This document shows positions 8,942 through 16,629 of a DNA stretch of 32,000 bases, piece by piece (within the stretch, counting starts at the first letter, position 1; every line of letters begins with the position of its first letter). Source of the stretch: Edaphobacter aggregans (lineage in GTDB: Bacteria > Acidobacteriota > Terriglobia > Terriglobales > Acidobacteriaceae); assembly GCF_003945235.1 (NCBI RefSeq), contig NZ_RSDW01000001.1, positions 2,910,001 to 2,942,000 of the forward strand, written 5' to 3'. The notes under the pieces were generated by a model, which saw nothing but the letters and a program-made list of their open reading frames with translations, had not been told where the DNA came from and ran no database searches. The translations under genes and the position numbers were made by a program.

Positions 8942-9841
8942 TTGAGGTTCGTGCCGATAAAGATTCGACAAGCGTGTGTCGTGGGGTTGATAGGGCTGGC
9001 TCCAGCACTTACAGGATGCCTGTCCCGTACGCGCACCGTTCCTAAGACCCGTGTCGCCGACGTCATCATGAGCACGTCCCTCGACGCCATGTCGCAGCAG
9101 ATCAACGCGCGCTACGAGGCCATTCAGACATTCAACGCCTCCGTCACAGTCGCGGCCACGACAGGTGGCGGTCTTGAGGGCCACGAGAAGGAGTACACCA
9201 GCCTCGCCGGTTACATCTTCATGCGCAGACCGAGTAACCTTCGGGTGCTGCTCCGCGTGCCCGTGCTGGGTTCGACCGCGATGGACATGGTCAGCGACGG
9301 CACCAACTTTAAGCTCGTGATACCGCCTAGAAACAGGGCGATGGTCGGAACCAACGAGGTGACGCAGCCCTCCAAAAATGGGCTCGAAAACCTGCGACCT
9401 TCCGTCTTCTTCGACTCCATGTTCGTCCGCGGACAAGGGCCTGACCAGATCCTCTCCATGACCACCGACACCCGTGTCATCGAGAGCGGCAAAAAGAAGA
9501 AGGACCTTATCGAGGAACCCGCCTACGCCTTGCAGGTTCTGGCGCAACCCGAGGGCAATATCGTCCGCACCCTTCGCGTGATCCACATCAACAGCACCGA
9601 TCTGCTGCCCTTCCAGCAGGACATCTACAACAAGGACGGGGTTATCGTCACCCGAGCCCTCTACAGCAACTACCAGATGTTCGACAACATTCCCTTCCCC
9701 ACGACTATCGTTATCCAGCGCCCGCGCGATCACTACAGCCTGACCGTGACCATCGTTAAGCTCACGCTCAATCAGAAGCTGGAAGACGATCAGTTCGAAC
9801 TGAAGATCCCCGAAGGTATTCCCATACAGGTGATGAAGTAG
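8942..9841 (+). CDS. Putative outer-membrane lipoprotein (a LolA/LolB-like sorting fold is suspected)
   Basis: 299 aa with a TTG start. Lipobox LTGC sits in MRFVPIKIRQACVVGLIGLAPALTGC. The mature part is beta-rich and resembles LolA/LolB/DUF4292-type proteins. The family assignment is tentative. Confidence 0.7.
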   Translation: MRFVPIKIRQACVVGLIGLAPALTGCLSRTRTVPKTRVADVIMSTSLDAMSQQINARYEAIQTFNASVTVAATTGGGLEGHEKEYTSLAGYIFMRRPSNLRVLLRVPVLGSTAMDMVSDGTNFKLVIPPRNRAMVGTNEVTQPSKNGLENLRPSVFFDSMFVRGQGPDQILSMTTDTRVIESGKKKKDLIEEPAYALQVLAQPEGNIVRTLRVIHINSTDLLPFQQDIYNKDGVIVTRALYSNYQMFDNIPFPTTIVIQRPRDHYSLTVTIVKLTLNQKLEDDQFELKIPEGIPIQVMK

Positions 9842-9860
9842 GCTCGTGCCTTACGGATAG

Positions 9861-10901
9861 CTAAATTAGCCCCGTTCGAGCAGCGTGTGCAGCGATCGCT
9901 TGATTGATCTCCAGCGCCAGCGCCAGCGCCGCCCGACCATCTTCAGCTGAGACCAGCGGCTTGGTGCGATTGCGAACCGCGTTCAGGAAAGACTCGATCT
10001 CAAGCCGCAGCGGCTCGCCCTGCTCGACCGGAACTTTCTTGAGTGACAAGCCAGCCGAAGGATGCTGGCCCGCCTGTTGGGCAAGCTGAGCCAGTGCGGC
10101 AAGCTGTGCCGGATCCATCCCCGCTGCAGCGGTGACGTCGATCATCAGCAGGTCCTGCCGGGCGAAGTCCAGCGAGAGGTACTGATGCGGCTGAAAAAAC
10201 CGCAGCTTCCGGACGCGCTCCGTGCTGACGCGGCTCGCCGTAAAGTTGGCGACGCAGCCGTTCTCAAACTCCAGCCGCACGTTCGCAATATCGACCTTGC
10301 GCGAGAGCACCGGCAACCCAACCGCCCGAACCTCGCGGACCGGCGAATCGACCAGACTCAACACGATATCGAGATCGTGGATCATCAGGTCGAGCACCAC
10401 GTCCACATCGAGCGAGCGCGGCGTAAAAACACTGAGCCGATGCGCCTCGAAGAACATGGGCTGATGCAACTGCGTGCGCGCCGCCGTAACCGCAGGATTG
10501 AACCGCTCAAGATGCCCTGCCTGCACGATGCGCTTATGCGCACGGGCCAACTCAAGGATGCGATCAGCATCAGCGAGGTTCGCGGCCAGTGGCTTCTCGA
10601 CCAGAAGATCGACCCCAGCGCCCAGCAACGGCGCTGCAGCCGTCGCATGATGCACCGTCGGGACGCAGATGGAAGCGGCATCCAGCTTGCCTGTCGCTGC
10701 AAGACATGCCTCAATGGTTTCGAAGCCGGGAACGCCGAACTTCTCCGATGCCGCAGCCAGCGTCGCCGAATCGCGGTCCACTACTCCGGCAAGCTGGACT
10801 GCCTGCCCAGCCTGCTCCAGCTCGCGATAGACACGAAGGTGATTGCGCCCGAAGGCTCCGGCGCCGACGACAGCAACCCGCAATGGCTGCGAGGCGGACA
10901 C
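9861..10901 (-). CDS. Gfo/Idh/MocA family NAD(P)-dependent oxidoreductase
   Basis: 346 aa. N-terminal Rossmann motif LRVAVVGAGAFGRNHLRVY and the EKP motif (LLVEKPLA). GTG start overlaps the stop of the upstream small ORF (TAGTG). Confidence 0.88.
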   Translation of the reverse strand: MSASQPLRVAVVGAGAFGRNHLRVYRELEQAGQAVQLAGVVDRDSATLAAASEKFGVPGFETIEACLAATGKLDAASICVPTVHHATAAAPLLGAGVDLLVEKPLAANLADADRILELARAHKRIVQAGHLERFNPAVTAARTQLHQPMFFEAHRLSVFTPRSLDVDVVLDLMIHDLDIVLSLVDSPVREVRAVGLPVLSRKVDIANVRLEFENGCVANFTASRVSTERVRKLRFFQPHQYLSLDFARQDLLMIDVTAAAGMDPAQLAALAQLAQQAGQHPSAGLSLKKVPVEQGEPLRLEIESFLNAVRNRTKPLVSAEDGRAALALALEINQAIAAHAARTGLI

Positions 10902-11113
10902 TACTTCGAGGGGCCCGGGGCCTCAACGGCCTGACGGCAACGGGCGAACAGTTCGAGCAGTTGCGTTACCTGATCCTCGGGCTTGGCCCCGGAGGCAGGG
11001 ACAAATCCAGTCGAGCCGACGGCCTTGCTGCCGATATTGGCCTGTGACGCCACAAACTTGAGCAGATCTAGCGCGATGTCTTCCGTACGGCGGGCCGTAG
11101 TGTTCGATTCCAT
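10901..11113 (-). CDS. Hypothetical small protein (70 aa)
   Basis: ATG is preceded by GAGGA at about 9 nt. Third codon positions are GC-rich like the neighbouring genes. The stop overlaps the oxidoreductase start by 1 nt. It lies between alr and the oxidoreductase on the same strand. I recognise no family. Confidence 0.6.
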   Translation of the reverse strand: MESNTTARRTEDIALDLLKFVASQANIGSKAVGSTGFVPASGAKPEDQVTQLLELFARCRQAVEAPGPSK

Positions 11114-11181
11114 TGAAATGATTCCTCGTTTCCCGTCCTGATCTTAACGGTCTGCACGGTGTAGGCGCAAATGCGCTTACG

Positions 11182-12402
11182 TCATGCACCAAGCCGCGAA
11201 GGAGCGCGCACGCCGCACACAATCTCATACGCAATCGTCCCGGCCAGCAGAGCATGATCGTCTGCGGTAACGCCATCGCCCAGCAGCACCACCTCATCGC
11301 CTACCGCAACACCCGTAATACCGCTCACATCGACCACCGTCAGGTTCATCGAGACTCGCCCAACGATCGCAGCCCGCTGGCCCTGCACCATTACCCAACC
11401 GCCATCGATCCCAGTCGCCGCCGAAAGCTCGCGCCTCAACCCGTCCGCATACCCCACAGGCAGCAGTGCGAGCCGCATCGGCTGCTTCGCCACGAAGGTC
11501 GCGTTGTATCCGACCGTCTCGCCCGCCTGCACCTCGCGCAGGCCGATCACACGCGTCTTCCACGTCATCACCGGCTGCAACTCAGGTCGCACCCGAGCCT
11601 CGGCGTGCTTATCGTTCGAGCAGTCCGCGCACTCGATGGGCAGGCAGTACCCATACAGCCCGAGTCCAGGCCGCACCATCGCCCGCGCACCATACTCTCC
11701 GGCCAATTGCCGGAGCCACACAAGCGTGTCCGTCTGCGGCGATGCACTGTTGTCGATGGTCGACGAGTTGCCCGCGTGGATCCAAGCCGGGCGCAGACCT
11801 GCAGCCGAAACCTCACGCATCGCCTGCTCAAACCGCGTCCGCTGCTCCAGCGTCTGCGGCGAACCCGCCACCTCGGCCGAGGCGAAGTGCGTCATCACAC
11901 CGTCGAGCTCGAGGCTGGGATGCTGGCTCAGATACTCAAGCACGGCTTTAAGCTCCGCGCCGGCACGAACTCCCTGCCGAGCCATCCCGGTGTCGATCTC
12001 CAGATGAACCCGCTGCCGAAGGCCTTTGCCGTATCCGTCGACGGCATCGGCCAACCACTCCATCTGCTGGCGGTCCCACACGACGGGGACGAGCCGATGC
12101 TGCACGATGGCATCCGCATCCTCAGCCAATAAGCCAGACATCACCAAAATGTCTGGCCGTTCTGAGGCGGCGACTCCAGCCGCTGCGAGAGCCTCGCCCA
12201 CGGCGGCCCCCTCCTGCGCATCCGTCACACCGAGCCAACGCGCACCGGCACGCACCAGCACGGGAGCACACACTGCTGCACCGTGACCGTACGCATCGGC
12301 CTTTACCACCGCCAGTACTGACATCCCGACGCTAGCAGCTTCCGTCAGCAGCCTGTAGTTTGTCGCGAGCCGCCGCTCTGAGATATCCACCCAACTCTTC
12401 AC
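11182..12402 (-). CDS. alr: Alanine racemase
   Basis: 406 aa. PLP-lysine motif AVVKADAYGHGA near the N-terminus, and the C-terminal beta-domain pattern (GYADG...V.GRVSMN...VD). It carries an extra Cys-containing loop (IECADCSNDKHAE). Confidence 0.92.
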   Translation of the reverse strand: MKSWVDISERRLATNYRLLTEAASVGMSVLAVVKADAYGHGAAVCAPVLVRAGARWLGVTDAQEGAAVGEALAAAGVAASERPDILVMSGLLAEDADAIVQHRLVPVVWDRQQMEWLADAVDGYGKGLRQRVHLEIDTGMARQGVRAGAELKAVLEYLSQHPSLELDGVMTHFASAEVAGSPQTLEQRTRFEQAMREVSAAGLRPAWIHAGNSSTIDNSASPQTDTLVWLRQLAGEYGARAMVRPGLGLYGYCLPIECADCSNDKHAEARVRPELQPVMTWKTRVIGLREVQAGETVGYNATFVAKQPMRLALLPVGYADGLRRELSAATGIDGGWVMVQGQRAAIVGRVSMNLTVVDVSGITGVAVGDEVVLLGDGVTADDHALLAGTIAYEIVCGVRAPSRLGA

Positions 12403-12567
12403 ATCGTTATCCTAACCGCGGCTAACTCACTGCAGCGCGGCGCATTTTGAGCCAGATCAGTGGCTACGGATCAGGAGGTGCCCCCTACCCCATGCTCTAA
12501 GTATCAAAGTATTCAAAACAAGCACTTTAGGTCTGGACCTTGATCCCGGGCCCAGGGTGAAATGAAA

Positions 12568-12591
12568 AAGCCTCGGCAGGGTCCGAGGCTT
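12568..12591 (-). terminator. Orphan intrinsic terminator-like hairpin (the better U-tail is on the minus strand)
   Basis: AAGCCTCGG-cagggt-CCGAGGCTT, a 9-bp stem. On the minus strand it is followed directly by TTTTTCATTT. On the plus strand the tail is the weaker TCTGATCTCTTTATT. No CDS lies upstream of it on either strand. Confidence 0.5.
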
Positions 12592-12895
12592 TCTGATCTC
12601 TTTATTCATTATAGCCAACTGGTTGGAATTACTAGGCCATGCGGATGTTGTTCGTTCGTAATGGGTTATGGCTTTTTAAGGCTTGACAAGATTTCTGGTT
12701 CAGCCTCACGCACCGCACGGACGGAAAAGCAGACCCTCTTCGGGGATGACAACCAGAGAGACAAGGATAACGGCCACACGCGCCCCCCATTCCCCATGCC
12801 ACCTCAGCTGTGATACAAAGCCACGTCTGAAGAAACAGTACCGGACGATGCCACATGAGGGTTCGGAACGGTTTTCAAGGGGGCAGTCTGTCGCC

Positions 12896-14257
12896 ATGAA
12901 AATGAATACTTATTCAGTATCAATGGCTTGCCGAATTTTGCTTGCGGCCGGTGTCTTGACCGCTCTTATCGGCTGCTCAAGCGGCAGTTCCAACCCGCTG
13001 GCACCCATCCAGTCTGCGCAACAGAAGAACATTGGCAACTTCACCACCACGGTCTTCCTGGGAGACTCACTTACGGCGGGCTATCAAAGCGGCTCGCTGC
13101 TCGACACCCAGCAGGTGCATGGCTGGGCCAACCTGGTGGCGACGCAGGCTAACTTCGGCATCACGCTGCCGCTGATCGCCTACCCCGGTGCTCCCAACGT
13201 GATGCAGCTTGTGTCGGTGGGACCGCCGCCGGTCATCACGACAGCGCCGGGAACGACGACTGGGCGTGACAACTTCGCCGCGCAGCCTACCGACCTCGCC
13301 GTGCCGGGAGCGTTCCTCAACGACATCGCCAACACAGTGGCGCTCGCGAATCCAGCTCCGGGACAACAGCAGATCAATCAGCTTGTTCTTGGCTTTCCCG
13401 GTCTCGGCTATGGGCAGGATTTCAGCCAAGCCGGCTTCGCAATTCATGCCCAGCCGACGACGATCTTTCTATGGGCAGGTAATAACGATGCGCTGATCGC
13501 CGCCCTTACCGGCATGCCGTCGTCGATGACTTCGACCGCGAACTTTACGACGCAGTACACCGCGCTCATCCAACTGCTGACCACGATGACGCCTGCTCAC
13601 CTCGTCATCGGCAATATTCCTGATGTCACACTGGTGCCATATCTGCAGCCTGCCGCGCTCGTGCTTGCCGAGTACTCGGCGGCGACGCACCTGCCCGTCG
13701 CGACGCTCAGTGCGCTGTTCGGCATCAGTCCTGGGGATTATGTCACGATCGATTCCGGCCTTAGCCAGATCTCGGCCATCCTTGCTGGAACACAGAAAGG
13801 TCCAATCACCGATGCTGGTGTACTCACCGCAGCCGAGGTGGTGACCGTTAAGGCGCAGGTGACGGCTTACAACCAGATCATCGCGCAGCAGGCCCAAGCC
13901 GCGGGTGCGACGCTGGTCGACATCAATGCGCTCTTCACCCAGATCGCTGCATCCGGCATCACTATCAACGGGTTTACGGGAACTACCAGCTTCCTAGGGG
14001 GCCTGTTTTCGCTCGACGGTATACATCCAACCAACACCGGCTATGCGGTCATCGCCAACAAATTCATCGACACCATGAACACGAGCATCAGCACCAAGAT
14101 CGCTGACGTACCGTTGGGCCCAGTGGCTGCAGCAGATCCGCTTTGGCCGATCAACCTTGTACCCCCTGGAACCGGCACAGCCGCTATCACGATGCCGATC
14201 GCCACAAACCGCGTTGCCACTGACGTTTTGATGGGGAGTTGGGTGCCGAAGAAGTGA
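12896..14257 (+). CDS. SGNH/GDSL-family hydrolase lipoprotein
   Basis: Start taken at ATG 12896 (MKMNTYSVSMACRILLAAGVLTALIGCSSGSS, lipobox LIGC). Block I is FLGDSLTAGY (GDS-L with the catalytic Ser). A C-terminal DGIHPT block carries the Asp-x-x-His pair. The 71-codon extension in the ORF track (from 12683) is Arg/Pro/His-rich and unlikely to be coding. Confidence 0.87.
   Translation: MKMNTYSVSMACRILLAAGVLTALIGCSSGSSNPLAPIQSAQQKNIGNFTTTVFLGDSLTAGYQSGSLLDTQQVHGWANLVATQANFGITLPLIAYPGAPNVMQLVSVGPPPVITTAPGTTTGRDNFAAQPTDLAVPGAFLNDIANTVALANPAPGQQQINQLVLGFPGLGYGQDFSQAGFAIHAQPTTIFLWAGNNDALIAALTGMPSSMTSTANFTTQYTALIQLLTTMTPAHLVIGNIPDVTLVPYLQPAALVLAEYSAATHLPVATLSALFGISPGDYVTIDSGLSQISAILAGTQKGPITDAGVLTAAEVVTVKAQVTAYNQIIAQQAQAAGATLVDINALFTQIAASGITINGFTGTTSFLGGLFSLDGIHPTNTGYAVIANKFIDTMNTSISTKIADVPLGPVAAADPLWPINLVPPGTGTAAITMPIATNRVATDVLMGSWVPKK
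12902..12917. promoter_or_regulatory. Third copy of the ATGAAT-N4-ATTCAT palindrome (ATGAATACTTATTCAG)
   Basis: Matches 11 of the 12 specified half-site positions in the two palindromes at 4156-4204. It overlaps codons 3-8 of the SGNH lipoprotein gene. Confidence 0.3.
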
Positions 14258-14299
14258 GCGGGCGACCACGGATCAGTACGGACACCACGGATGAAAAAC

Positions 14300-14318
14300 A
14301 AGGCCCGGCGCAGGCCTT
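14300..14318. terminator. Bidirectional terminator between the convergent SGNH and yafY-like genes
   Basis: AAGGCC-cggcgca-GGCCTT hairpin, preceded by GAAAAACA and followed by TTTT. It sits in the 65-bp convergent gap. Confidence 0.55.
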
Positions 14319-14322
14319 TTGA

Positions 14323-15057
14323 CTAGGCGCTTTGCCTTTCGCCGTTCTTGTCCACGCAATCCATTGCTTCGACTCGTTGTCTTTCTACTATTCGGAGGAA
14401 GTCCTCCAGCCGCTGTCCGCGTTTGGGCGTGAACTCGCGGTCTAACACGCGTAGGCCTTCGATACGGTCCATACGGAAGACGCGGAAGTCCTGCCGCAGT
14501 TCGCACCACGAAGCCAGCGTCCACACGCCGCTCCAGAAATAGAGCGCAAGGGGCCGGACATCGCGCTGGCTCTGCGCTCCGTCTTCGCGCGTGTAGGCAA
14601 AGGCTATGACTCGCCGCGAGACGCAAGCCTCATGCAGCAGGTCGAGCCGCTCGCGCAGATGCGGCCGCATATGGAAGCCTCCAGGCGCGTACATCAGGAT
14701 GCTGTCCAGCCGTTCCCGCAGATCGGGTGGCAACACGCCTTCGATGCGCTGCAACGCCTGCCCGGCTGCGACTGTGCTCTCCGCTCCACCCCAGGCCTGC
14801 ACGAGCCGCGCGCCCAGCACAAGCGCAGTCAATTCGCTGCGCGTGAACATCAGGGGCGGCAGGTCGAGATCGCGCCGGAGTGTGTATCCGACCCCAGCCT
14901 CCCCCTCGATTGGCATGCCCGACGCCTGTAGATCGCGCACGTCGCGGTAGACCGTCCGCACCGACACCTCAAGCCGCTGCGCAAGCGCCTGTGCGGTCTG
15001 CAGACGTCCTCCACGGAGCGTCCGCACGATTTGAAATAAACGGTCTGCCCGTCGCAT
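14323..15057 (-). CDS. YafY-family transcriptional regulator (HTH plus WYL domain)
   Basis: 244 aa. N-terminal DeoR/YafY-type HTH (RADRLFQIVRTLRGGRLQTAQALAQRLEVSVRTVYRDVRDLQASGMPIEGEAGVGY). The central WYL-like segment has a Y-F-W triad (RPLALYFWSGVWTLASWC), followed by a C-terminal WCX-like region. Confidence 0.88.
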   Translation of the reverse strand: MRRADRLFQIVRTLRGGRLQTAQALAQRLEVSVRTVYRDVRDLQASGMPIEGEAGVGYTLRRDLDLPPLMFTRSELTALVLGARLVQAWGGAESTVAAGQALQRIEGVLPPDLRERLDSILMYAPGGFHMRPHLRERLDLLHEACVSRRVIAFAYTREDGAQSQRDVRPLALYFWSGVWTLASWCELRQDFRVFRMDRIEGLRVLDREFTPKRGQRLEDFLRIVERQRVEAMDCVDKNGERQSA

Positions 15058-15103
15058 GAACCTATCCTAGTTGGAGCCGCCGTAATGCGCCGCACCTTTA
15101 GCC

Positions 15104-15496
15104 TTAGATCGCCGTGTGCAGGCCGACATGGTTTCCTTCCGTATCACGCATGCAGGCAAACGAACCATGACCTCCTGGAACCGGCGTGCGGGGTATGATC
15201 ACCCGTCCGCCTGCCTGCTCGATTCTGCTGAGCACCGCATCCAGCCTTCCGTCGCAGCTCAGATAGACCATAGTTCCATCGCCCCCTGGCCGTTGGAACG
15301 TCCGCTTGACCAGTGCGCCTGCTACGCCAGTCTGCTCCGCCGGGAAGATGCACATCATGTCTTCCTTACTGCCAAAATCGTCTTTGTGCATGGTGCACTC
15401 GAGAATCGTCTCGTAGAATCTGCGCGCGCGATCGAGGTCTCGCGAAGGTATTTCAAACCACGCCAACGCTGACTTCCGCTTTGTCTGTTCGCTCAT
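15104..15496 (-). CDS. VOC (glyoxalase/bleomycin-resistance/dioxygenase) family protein
   Basis: 130 aa from ATG 15496 (MSEQTKRKSALAWFEIPSRDLDRARRFYE...). AGGAG lies 6 nt upstream. The C-terminal ...DTEGNHVGLH is typical of the VOC fold. It lies directly upstream of the YafY regulator on the same strand. Confidence 0.85.
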   Translation of the reverse strand: MSEQTKRKSALAWFEIPSRDLDRARRFYETILECTMHKDDFGSKEDMMCIFPAEQTGVAGALVKRTFQRPGGDGTMVYLSCDGRLDAVLSRIEQAGGRVIIPRTPVPGGHGSFACMRDTEGNHVGLHTAI

Positions 15497-15498
15497 AG

Positions 15499-15635
15499 TG
15501 CGCTCCTTTTTCATCCGACTGTAAGCGACAGCATAAGCAAAGGCTACTGACACCGTACTGTCAGTAGCCTTCTACCGTTCGTCACTATTTTGGTTATCGC
15601 CGATGGTTCGCTAGCTAGCCGAATCGCTCCGCAGA
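15499..15635. repeat. Direct repeat copy A (~137 bp), a duplicate of the dnaB 3' end plus downstream intergenic region
   Basis: Manual alignment with 16630-16776 gives roughly four-fifths identity with a few short indels. Shared blocks include CATCCG.CTG, GCATAAG, AAAGGCTACTGACA, TCACTATTT, GGTTCGCTAG and GAATCGCTC. Confidence 0.8.
15541..15570 (-). terminator. Intrinsic terminator downstream of the crystallin-like gene (inside repeat A)
   Basis: Perfect 12-bp stem AGGCTACTGACA / TGTCAGTAGCCT with a 6-nt loop. The minus-strand tail is TTGCTTATGC. Confidence 0.65.
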
Positions 15636-15636
15636 G

Positions 15637-16527
15637 TTATATCGGTTGGAGTGAGGACATGTCGTCGTTCTGGATGCCGTAATCAACCACGAACGAATAC
15701 AGCCCTGGTCCCAAGGTGCGGGGGTATTGGCCGTTCATGCCGGAATTGCGGTAGAAGGCCCACACCGACTGCTCGACCACAATGGATGAGACGCGGTCAT
15801 TGAAGAAGTTGTCATCGGAGGCGTTGAGGTTGCCTTCCAGTGTGAACACATGTTTGTGTTGGCCATGAAAGCCGGCATTCTCAAAAAGGACCACATGGCC
15901 TAACGGTTGACTGAGTCCCTGGATCGTCGCTCCTCCCTGCACGATCTCCAGGGAGGACATATCGTCGTTCTGAATGCCAACGTTCGCCACGAAAGGATAC
16001 AGGCCGGGATAAGGGCCGTCAGGATGGATCTTAGGCCCCAGCAATGGGGGATATTTACCGTCGTAGCCCGCGTTCTTAAAGAAGGCCCAGACCCCGCTCA
16101 AGACCGCCACCGATGAGACTCTGTCATTGAAGAAGTTGTCATCCGAAGCGTTGAGGTTAGGCTCTTTCGTGAACACATGCTTGTGAGCGCCGTGGAAATT
16201 GGCGTTCTCAAACAACACGACTTGTCCGCCGATAGGAGCTCCATGTACAGTCGGGGCCGTTGAGACCGGTTGAAGCGAGGACATATCGTCGTTGCGGATT
16301 CCTATAGCCGTCACACTGGGGTACAGCCCAGTCCCCAAAACAGGCCCATACGGAGTGTTGAAGTTGGCATTCCGGTAGAACGCCCATGTACCGCCCAGAA
16401 TGACAATGGAAGAAACTTTGTCGTTGAAGTAGTTGTCGTCCGCGGCGTTGAGGTTGGGCTCTGGTGTAAATACATGCTTGTGAGCGCCATGGAAATTGGC
16501 GTTTTCAAAAAGAATAGCCTCTGGCAT
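15637..16527 (-). CDS. Three-domain beta/gamma-crystallin-fold protein (putative Ca2+-binding, no signal peptide)
   Basis: 296 aa from ATG 16527, with AAGGAGG 7 nt upstream. Three tandem domains of ~90-100 aa each contain LFENA.FHG.HKHVF (a [FY]xxxx[FY]xG Greek-key signature) plus FNDRVSS and NDDMSS motifs. The repeat periodicity is visible in the DNA: GACATRTCGTCGTT at 15657, 15957 and 16281. Confidence 0.85.
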   Translation of the reverse strand: MPEAILFENANFHGAHKHVFTPEPNLNAADDNYFNDKVSSIVILGGTWAFYRNANFNTPYGPVLGTGLYPSVTAIGIRNDDMSSLQPVSTAPTVHGAPIGGQVVLFENANFHGAHKHVFTKEPNLNASDDNFFNDRVSSVAVLSGVWAFFKNAGYDGKYPPLLGPKIHPDGPYPGLYPFVANVGIQNDDMSSLEIVQGGATIQGLSQPLGHVVLFENAGFHGQHKHVFTLEGNLNASDDNFFNDRVSSIVVEQSVWAFYRNSGMNGQYPRTLGPGLYSFVVDYGIQNDDMSSLQPI

Positions 16528-16569
16528 TTTTGCTCCTCCTTCTCGGAAATAGGACCGCAATAAAACGCC

Positions 16570-16597
16570 AGATTAGTATCAAAAACGACAATGACAA
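16570..16597 (-). promoter_or_regulatory. Sigma-70-like promoter candidate for the crystallin-like gene
   Basis: The minus strand reads TTGTCA (16597-16592), a 16-nt spacer, then TAATCT (16575-16570). It lies in an AT-rich leader (22/60 G+C by hand count for 16561-16620), about 45 nt upstream of the ATG. Confidence 0.35.
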
Positions 16598-16629
16598 TAC
16601 AACGGATACAGCCTTTTCAGTGGAAGCCT

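Noticed and set aside
12403-12895. Tested the long spacer by eye against RNase P RNA, tmRNA, SRP/4.5S and 6S RNA.
   Set aside because: There is no GGAAAGTCCGG or ACAGAAACCGGCTTA-like P4 element. There is no tRNA-like 3' end or ...ALAA-type tag frame, since the only frame ends ...NNIRMA. CGGACGGAAAAGCAGACC cannot form the SRP helix-8 tetraloop hairpin. 6S RNA cannot be excluded without folding or a covariance-model search.
12683-12895. N-terminal extensions of listed ORFs: SGNH from 12683, greA to 7572, VOC to 15553, crystallin to 16560, hydrolase from 22697.
   Set aside because: The extensions are compositionally non-protein-like. They would bury the signal peptide or lipobox, or add residues absent from the family. 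Internal starts have better Shine-Dalgarno sequences.
14323-15496. The WYL-domain regulator as a marker of a phage-defence island.
   Set aside because: The regulator is paired only with a VOC/glyoxalase gene, which is a common YafY housekeeping arrangement. No nuclease, ATPase, methyltransferase or other defence-type gene is adjacent.
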